Shown: positions 58,451 to 64,000 of the stretch, one piece after another
Layout: every line of letters starts with the position of its first letter
Position numbering within the stretch: position 1 is the stretch's first letter
NCBI GenBank assembly: GCA_965248435.1
Contig: OZ252100.1
Span: 1,024,001 to 1,088,000, forward strand
Origin: Candidatus Latescibacterota bacterium
Lineage (GTDB): Bacteria > Latescibacterota > UBA2968 > GCA-2709665
Direction of reading: 5' to 3'
DNA: 64,000 nt
The notes under the pieces: generated by a model
Databases searched by the model: none
The model's input: only the letters and a program-made list of their open reading frames with translations
Told to the model about the DNA's origin: nothing
Made by a program: the position numbers and the translations under genes

Positions 58451-60688
58451 CTAGATTTTGAAATTGAGTCCAATCGTCGGCACAATCGGAAGCATCTTCA
58501 CAACTTTCGGCTCTGTTTTCGGGTTGTCGGTATCGTACTGGACGAACCACTCATTTCGACGGTTATAGACATTGAATACCTGCAGGTAGGCCTCGGCATC
58601 GGTTCCGAAAAGCTTGAATCTTCTTGTCAGATTCATGTCGATCCGGTGGTAGGGCAGGAGCCGCCCGCTGTTACGAGGCGCAGGCAGGATGAAATCATCC
58701 CTCAAAAAGGCCGCAGTAGCCGGAGATCGTAAAGTATAGCGGGCGGAGGCAGGGGTAAAGGCCTGACCCGTGCCATAGATAAGGTTTGCCCCGAGGGACC
58801 AGCGACCCACCCTGTAGTTGGCCACAAAACTCAAGTCGTTTCGTCTATCGTATTTTGGAGGGAATCGGCGGCCGCCGTTCAGTTCTCCGAACTGGCGCCG
58901 TGTCCACCCGAGCGTGTATCCCACCCATCCGGTTAGCGCTCCAGTGCGTCGCTGCAAGAAGACCTCGATTCCGGTCGCGAATCCGGTTCCTCCTGAAACG
59001 AAGACATCCTCTGACGTTGTCTCTTCACTATCCTCGGCAACGTTGTTGTCCAGAACAACAAGGTTGCTCAGATCTCTATAGTAGAACTCCGCAGTTGCCT
59101 GGTATCTCCTTGAGGGTTCCCACTCCATCCCCACAACCCCCTGCAGCGATCGACTTGGCGATACTGTGCGGTCCAGCGGGACCCAGAAATCTCCTCCACT
59201 GAATCCCTCGGTCGTCACGAGCTGCAAGTATTGGTGATAGACACCTCCACCCAGCTTCAATTTCACAGTGGGACGGAGTCGTTGACTGAGGGATAATCGC
59301 GGTTCCAGCTGAAATCGCCCACCTTCGCTGAAATAGTTGGTCCTGAGCCCCAATCGGATACTGGTTGCTGCGCCGGGCTGCCACATATCCTGGATGTATA
59401 AGGACAAAAGCCTCGGGCGTTCCTTCAGGTCGATTTGATCTTGCTGGTTGAACGCAGACTCGAACGAAAAGTCGTATAGCGTGCCCAGAAATCCGGCGGT
59501 CAGGGCGTGTCGGCTGCTGGCGAAATAGTCCAGATCCCCTTTGAAGGTAAAATCTTGAATGCTGTTCGAGAACTGGATCGGCGTCTCGAAAAAGCTCAGG
59601 GAGGTCTTGCTCGTATACTTGCTTCCAGCAACCATGAAATTGCCAAACAGGGCCGGAGAAAAAACGTGCGTCCACTTTCCCGTGAAGGCTGTGTTTCCCC
59701 AACGGATGTTCACGAAACTCCCTTCGTCCAGATCAAGATTCAAGTCATCTCTGCCGAAGTATCCGCTGATGGTCAAATTGTCTTGGTCGCCGAGATCCTG
59801 GTTCAGCTTGGCGTTCAGGTCGTAAAAGAAATATGACGGCACTTCTGTGCTGTCGTTCCGGATTGCGGCCAGAATGGGATCCAGGTAGGTTCTTCTGCCC
59901 GAAATCATCCACGATCCCTTCTTCACCGGACCCTCGATCGTCGTCCGCGCGGAGATCAAGCTGATGCCTCCCCTGGCCTGAAATTCCTTATTGTTGCCGT
60001 CCCGGTTGTGAACGTCCAAAACAGACCCCAAACGTCCTCCATACTGCGCGGGAAACGCGCCTTTGTGGAGGCTCATGTCCCGGATTGCATCCGGGTTGAA
60101 CGTGGAGAAAAACCCGAACGCGTGTGAGGGATTGTAGAGAGGGATCTGATCGAGGAGAATCAGGGTCTGGTCCGGCCCCCCACCTCGGATGTATAGCCCG
60201 CTGCTGATGTCGGATGCAGACTGGATCCCCGGAAGCAGCTGCAAGCTGCGTAAGATGTCGGCCTCCCCGACTGCTGGAATCTCCTGCAAGCTTGACGCTT
60301 CCAGAGAAAGGAACCCGGTCTGTACTTCACGTTCCTGTTTGTATCGATCGGCCTCCACAACAATTTCCTCTGTTTGGATCGGCGCCTCCGATAGAGCGAT
60401 CGCCAGACGCGTTTCCTCCTCGCCCTCAAATTCCAGGGTGTCTCTGAATGCGAAGTACCCGATAAACGACACCTCAAGAACGTAGGTTCCTGGCGATATG
60501 CTCTTTATCGCGTAATAGCCGTCTTGATTGGCCAGGGCACCGAGGGTCGGTCCCGCTGATAAAAGGACAACATTCGCGTAGGGCAGGGCCTCTCCGTTAC
60601 TGTTGTCCGTAACGAATCCGCTCAAGGTTGCGGCGGCGACCTCAAATGGAAGAATTATCACAAGTAGTGACAAGACACTTCGGTTCAC
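58451..60688 (-). CDS. TonB-dependent receptor with N-terminal carboxypeptidase-regulatory-like domain
   Basis: SGFVTD..GEALPYANV, plug LQLLPGI..YIRGG..DQTLILLD, YGGRLGSVL, YHRID, NVYN. Confidence 0.93.
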   Translation of the reverse strand: MNRSVLSLLVIILPFEVAAATLSGFVTDNSNGEALPYANVVLLSAGPTLGALANQDGYYAIKSISPGTYVLEVSFIGYFAFRDTLEFEGEEETRLAIALSEAPIQTEEIVVEADRYKQEREVQTGFLSLEASSLQEIPAVGEADILRSLQLLPGIQSASDISSGLYIRGGGPDQTLILLDQIPLYNPSHAFGFFSTFNPDAIRDMSLHKGAFPAQYGGRLGSVLDVHNRDGNNKEFQARGGISLISARTTIEGPVKKGSWMISGRRTYLDPILAAIRNDSTEVPSYFFYDLNAKLNQDLGDQDNLTISGYFGRDDLNLDLDEGSFVNIRWGNTAFTGKWTHVFSPALFGNFMVAGSKYTSKTSLSFFETPIQFSNSIQDFTFKGDLDYFASSRHALTAGFLGTLYDFSFESAFNQQDQIDLKERPRLLSLYIQDMWQPGAATSIRLGLRTNYFSEGGRFQLEPRLSLSQRLRPTVKLKLGGGVYHQYLQLVTTEGFSGGDFWVPLDRTVSPSRSLQGVVGMEWEPSRRYQATAEFYYRDLSNLVVLDNNVAEDSEETTSEDVFVSGGTGFATGIEVFLQRRTGALTGWVGYTLGWTRRQFGELNGGRRFPPKYDRRNDLSFVANYRVGRWSLGANLIYGTGQAFTPASARYTLRSPATAAFLRDDFILPAPRNSGRLLPYHRIDMNLTRRFKLFGTDAEAYLQVFNVYNRRNEWFVQYDTDNPKTEPKVVKMLPIVPTIGLNFKI

Positions 60689-60983
60689 TCTCTCTCCTTT
60701 GATTCCACGAAAATTGCGTTTTATCCGCCGGCGAGCCTCCGAATGCAATTTGTATGCCGGGTTGGCCCATCAACGAATTCCCCGTTTGTTCTTAGTGCAA
60801 ACGTATGAACTCTCGAGGCGCAGGGTGATTGCCCGCAACACCTGTAGCCAAAAATCGACATCTCACCTCGATAAGGTCAGCTTTGAGAATTCCTCTCTTG
60901 CTTTTGAAAACACGCTATGGTATCTTTTTCTGAAATTCGGGCTGCTTTGGCCCAAATTCTTCGCTCGAAAAAGGGAAACCAGC

Positions 60984-62474
60984 GTGAAAGTGCTCCTGAT
61001 CAGCCCGCCGCTTCACAGCCTATACTTCGCTGCCGAGGTAATCATTCCCCCCCTCGGGCTCCTCTACGTCGCCGGAAAACTGGATGCGGACGGCCACGAT
61101 GTCGAAGTTCGCGACATGACGTTCCACGACGGTCCGGAGGATTACGATGATTTCGATCTCGTGGGCATTACGTGCACGAGTCCCCAGTATCCAGAAGCGC
61201 TTCAGTACGCCCAGCATGCCCACGAGTCGGGTTGTCTGACCTTGATCGGCGGCACGCACGTTACGTTTACGACCCAGACGACCCTTCGCCTGGACTACGT
61301 AGATTTCGTGATTCGCGGCGAAGGGGAGCAGGCGACTTCGATCCTGGTTCGAAATCTGGAAGAAGAGGGCTCCAGATTCGACCCATCCAAAGTTCCCAGC
61401 CTGTCCTGGTACGATACGGATGCCGGCGTCGTTGTCGACAACCCCCAGATTCCGGACATCGCTACAGTGGACGACCTGCCTTCGCCTGGGCGTCACCTAT
61501 TGAACATGGATCCCTACAAGGTGACCCGATTGCGTCAGTACTCCGTAACCACGATGATCACAAGCCGGGGTTGTCCCTTCGACTGCACGTTCTGCTCTGT
61601 TCCCACTTTGTACCAGAAGCGCAAGTGGCGTTCCCGCGAAGCCGTGAAGGCCGTGGATGAAATGGAATTCCTCCAGGAGACCTACGGCTTTGAAGGCGTC
61701 CTGCTCGTCGATGACCTCCTGACAACCAATGTTCAGCGCATCCACGAACTCTGTGCCGAAATCATCGATCGGGGACTGGAGATCGCGTGGTGGTGTCAAT
61801 CGCGCGCCGACATTCTGGTGCGAAACCCGGATCTCGTAGAGCACATGGCACAGTCCGGCTGCAGCAACGTCTTTCTCGGGCTCGAATCGGGGAACGAACA
61901 CGTTCTCGTGCACTGGAAAAAGAAGATGAGCCTGGACACTGGCCGTCAGGCCGTCGAGCTCTTGAGGCAGCACGACATCCGGTCCCTTACGGCTTTCATC
62001 ATTGGAATGGAGTCGGAAACGGAAGAGGATCTCGAGCAAACCATTTCCTACGCAAAGTCATTGGACGCCCATCAGGCCCAGTTTTCGATCCTCACGCCCT
62101 ACCCGGGCACGGTCGATTGGGACCGAAATGCCCATCGGATATACGACAACAATTGGGCGAACTATACCGGCAGCAAGGTTGTCTTTCACCGAGACACGCT
62201 CCCGGCTGAGGTCATCGAGAACAAGCTTCGCAAGGCCTACCTCTCATTCTACAACCCCTTACGACGATGGGATCTCGTGCTTCGTAACGTGGCCGGCGTG
62301 AACCCAAAGAAGCTCTGGCATATCTGGCGCACCCTGCGAACACAGCGCGACATCGATATCGACTCGGATATGGATCCCGTCTCGCACCTCATTCCTCTCG
62401 CTGCCGAATCCCGAGAGGAATGGTTGTCTGCACGGCCGGAGGAACCCCTTCGGGAAATCGCCGTCGCGTCCTAA
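60984..62474 (+). CDS. B12-binding radical SAM protein
   Basis: PPLGLLY, GGTH, RGEGE, TSRGCPFDCTFC, GLESG, TPYPGT. Confidence 0.93.
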   Translation: MKVLLISPPLHSLYFAAEVIIPPLGLLYVAGKLDADGHDVEVRDMTFHDGPEDYDDFDLVGITCTSPQYPEALQYAQHAHESGCLTLIGGTHVTFTTQTTLRLDYVDFVIRGEGEQATSILVRNLEEEGSRFDPSKVPSLSWYDTDAGVVVDNPQIPDIATVDDLPSPGRHLLNMDPYKVTRLRQYSVTTMITSRGCPFDCTFCSVPTLYQKRKWRSREAVKAVDEMEFLQETYGFEGVLLVDDLLTTNVQRIHELCAEIIDRGLEIAWWCQSRADILVRNPDLVEHMAQSGCSNVFLGLESGNEHVLVHWKKKMSLDTGRQAVELLRQHDIRSLTAFIIGMESETEEDLEQTISYAKSLDAHQAQFSILTPYPGTVDWDRNAHRIYDNNWANYTGSKVVFHRDTLPAEVIENKLRKAYLSFYNPLRRWDLVLRNVAGVNPKKLWHIWRTLRTQRDIDIDSDMDPVSHLIPLAAESREEWLSARPEEPLREIAVAS

Positions 62475-62562
62475 CTTCTTGATAATGCGCATTTTATAAG
62501 AATATGCAATTGAGGGCGACTCGGGATTCAGGGTTGCCCTCGATTCATTCCCAGAAACCGCG

Positions 62563-63126
62563 TCAGGTGAAGGTAGGACAATCCGTCAGCACCGGTTTCA
62601 TGCCCTCGGGCAGTGGGACTTGAAAGACGTTCAAGGTCATCGCAACCATGCTGTAGTAGCCCAGGAGGCCTGTCAACTCGACGACAGCCTGCGTGTCAAA
62701 TTGATCCAAAAGCGCATCGAAGGCGTCGTCCTGAACGAATCCGTCCTGTAAAACCTGGTGACAGAACTCATAGACGGCTCGCTCGTCCGCATTCCGGAAG
62801 TCGGGCACACCTCCGTTTCGAACCGCATCAATGACTTTCTTGTCCAGCCCGGCCTTATCTGCGAATCCTTCGTGGATGGACCATTCGGTTTGACAATTCC
62901 GAAACCGTGCGGTGATCAGAATGGCCAGTTCACTTATCCTTGGCTCCAGCACACTCTTCAAACGTACGTATTCACCCAGGGATTGGGCCCGATCGGCGAG
63001 CTCAGGACTGTGAAGCCAGACGCGGAACGGTCCGCCGATGTTCCCGCGGGATGCCAGAATGGTGTCGTAGATCCGTTTTTGTGCTTCGTTAAGTTGATCC
63101 CTCTCCAGCTCGGGTACCCGGCTCAT
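62563..63126 (-). CDS. Carboxymuconolactone decarboxylase family protein
   Basis: GPFRVWLHSP, ELAILITAR, EWSIH, GYYSMVAMTLN. Confidence 0.88.
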   Translation of the reverse strand: MSRVPELERDQLNEAQKRIYDTILASRGNIGGPFRVWLHSPELADRAQSLGEYVRLKSVLEPRISELAILITARFRNCQTEWSIHEGFADKAGLDKKVIDAVRNGGVPDFRNADERAVYEFCHQVLQDGFVQDDAFDALLDQFDTQAVVELTGLLGYYSMVAMTLNVFQVPLPEGMKPVLTDCPTFT

Positions 63127-63261
63127 CGAAACCTCCCAACACTTGACGAATACACTCTCGACATATTAGGCCTATGACAAAAATATCAAGAACACCATAA
63201 GGTAACGTGATGGGACGTCGCTGCTGCGAGTTTTGTTCCACATTAACATAAGGATTGGAAA

Positions 63262-64000
63262 ATGAGGGTTGTCACCGGCGCGATCAGCCACGAGACAAGC
63301 ACGTTTACCCCGGTCGCCACGACCTGGGAAAACTACGAAGAACATTTCGGCTACTTGCGTGGACAGAAAATCATAGAAACTTTTCGTGGCACGAATACCC
63401 CGATCGGTGGCTTCATCGAAGGTGCTGAGGCCCACGGTTTTGAGCTCATCCCGACCATTTTCGCCGAGCCCCATCCCAGCGGCCCGACGCCTCGTGACAT
63501 CTTCGATCGCGTCCTGAACGAGCTCCTGCAGGGGATCGAGGCGGCGCTCCCGATCGATGGCGTCTTGCTTGAGCTGCACGGGGCGATGGTCGCTGAGGGG
63601 ATCGACGATGGAGAAGGACATATCCTGGAGGCCGTTCGAAAGCTTGTTGGCCCAAACGTACCCGTTTTCGTCCAGTTGGATATCCACTCGAACGTCTCGG
63701 CCCGGATGGTCCAGGAGGCCGATGTGTTGATTGGACGAGACACCTATCCCGAGGTGGACCAGGCCGCCCGCGGCCGTGAGTGCGCCGACGTCCTGGAGCG
63801 CGTCCTCAACCAGGGATTACGACCGACCATGGCCCTGCACCAGATCCCCATGGTGTGGGGGTTGAATCAGGTCACGGCTCACCCTCCGATGAAGGAGGCC
63901 ATCGAGCTGCTCCACAGCATCGAAGCCCGGCCGGGCGTCGTCTGCGGCTCCATCGCCACCTGCTTTCCACTGGCCGACATTCCGGACATGGGGGCCTCCG
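63262..64000 (+). CDS. M81 (MlrC-like) metallopeptidase, runs off the window
   Basis: ISHETSTF, LHGAMV..DDGEG, LDIHSN, TYPEVD, FPLADIPDMG. Confidence 0.9.
   Translation, partial: MRVVTGAISHETSTFTPVATTWENYEEHFGYLRGQKIIETFRGTNTPIGGFIEGAEAHGFELIPTIFAEPHPSGPTPRDIFDRVLNELLQGIEAALPIDGVLLELHGAMVAEGIDDGEGHILEAVRKLVGPNVPVFVQLDIHSNVSARMVQEADVLIGRDTYPEVDQAARGRECADVLERVLNQGLRPTMALHQIPMVWGLNQVTAHPPMKEAIELLHSIEARPGVVCGSIATCFPLADIPDMGAS

Overview
Bacterial chromosomal window. Gene content (GWxTD protein, several HpcH aldolases and Gfo/Idh/MocA oxidoreductases, TonB receptor) suggests an FCB-group, Latescibacterota-like organism; this is inference only. The window has two parts. (1) About 1-8085 is a visibly AT-richer accessory island of co-directional minus-strand genes that looks like a defence island: two RxxxxH HEPN-like proteins, an AbiJ-NTD4-like protein, and a coupled SLATT-like 2TM gene plus HhH-GPD glycosylase-like gene. 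It also holds secreted hypotheticals and a 17-codon serine-recombinase-like stub. It abuts a radC that is cut off just before its JAB motif. (2) About 8500-64000 is GC-richer backbone: PAS histidine kinases, LOG, GT2/radical SAM genes, larB, nth, dksA, CBS-korA-korB-CBS, a complete selA-selB-selD-selC locus (SelD carries its own UGA-Sec and SECIS), galU, fbaB, mazG, a TonB receptor locus and a partial MlrC/M81 peptidase. Features missed by the ORF track include a 41-aa small protein with its own promoter and terminator, a structured terminator-containing leader upstream of dksA, two more candidate structured leaders, and two frameshifted genes. All family calls come from motif recognition by eye; no database searches were run.
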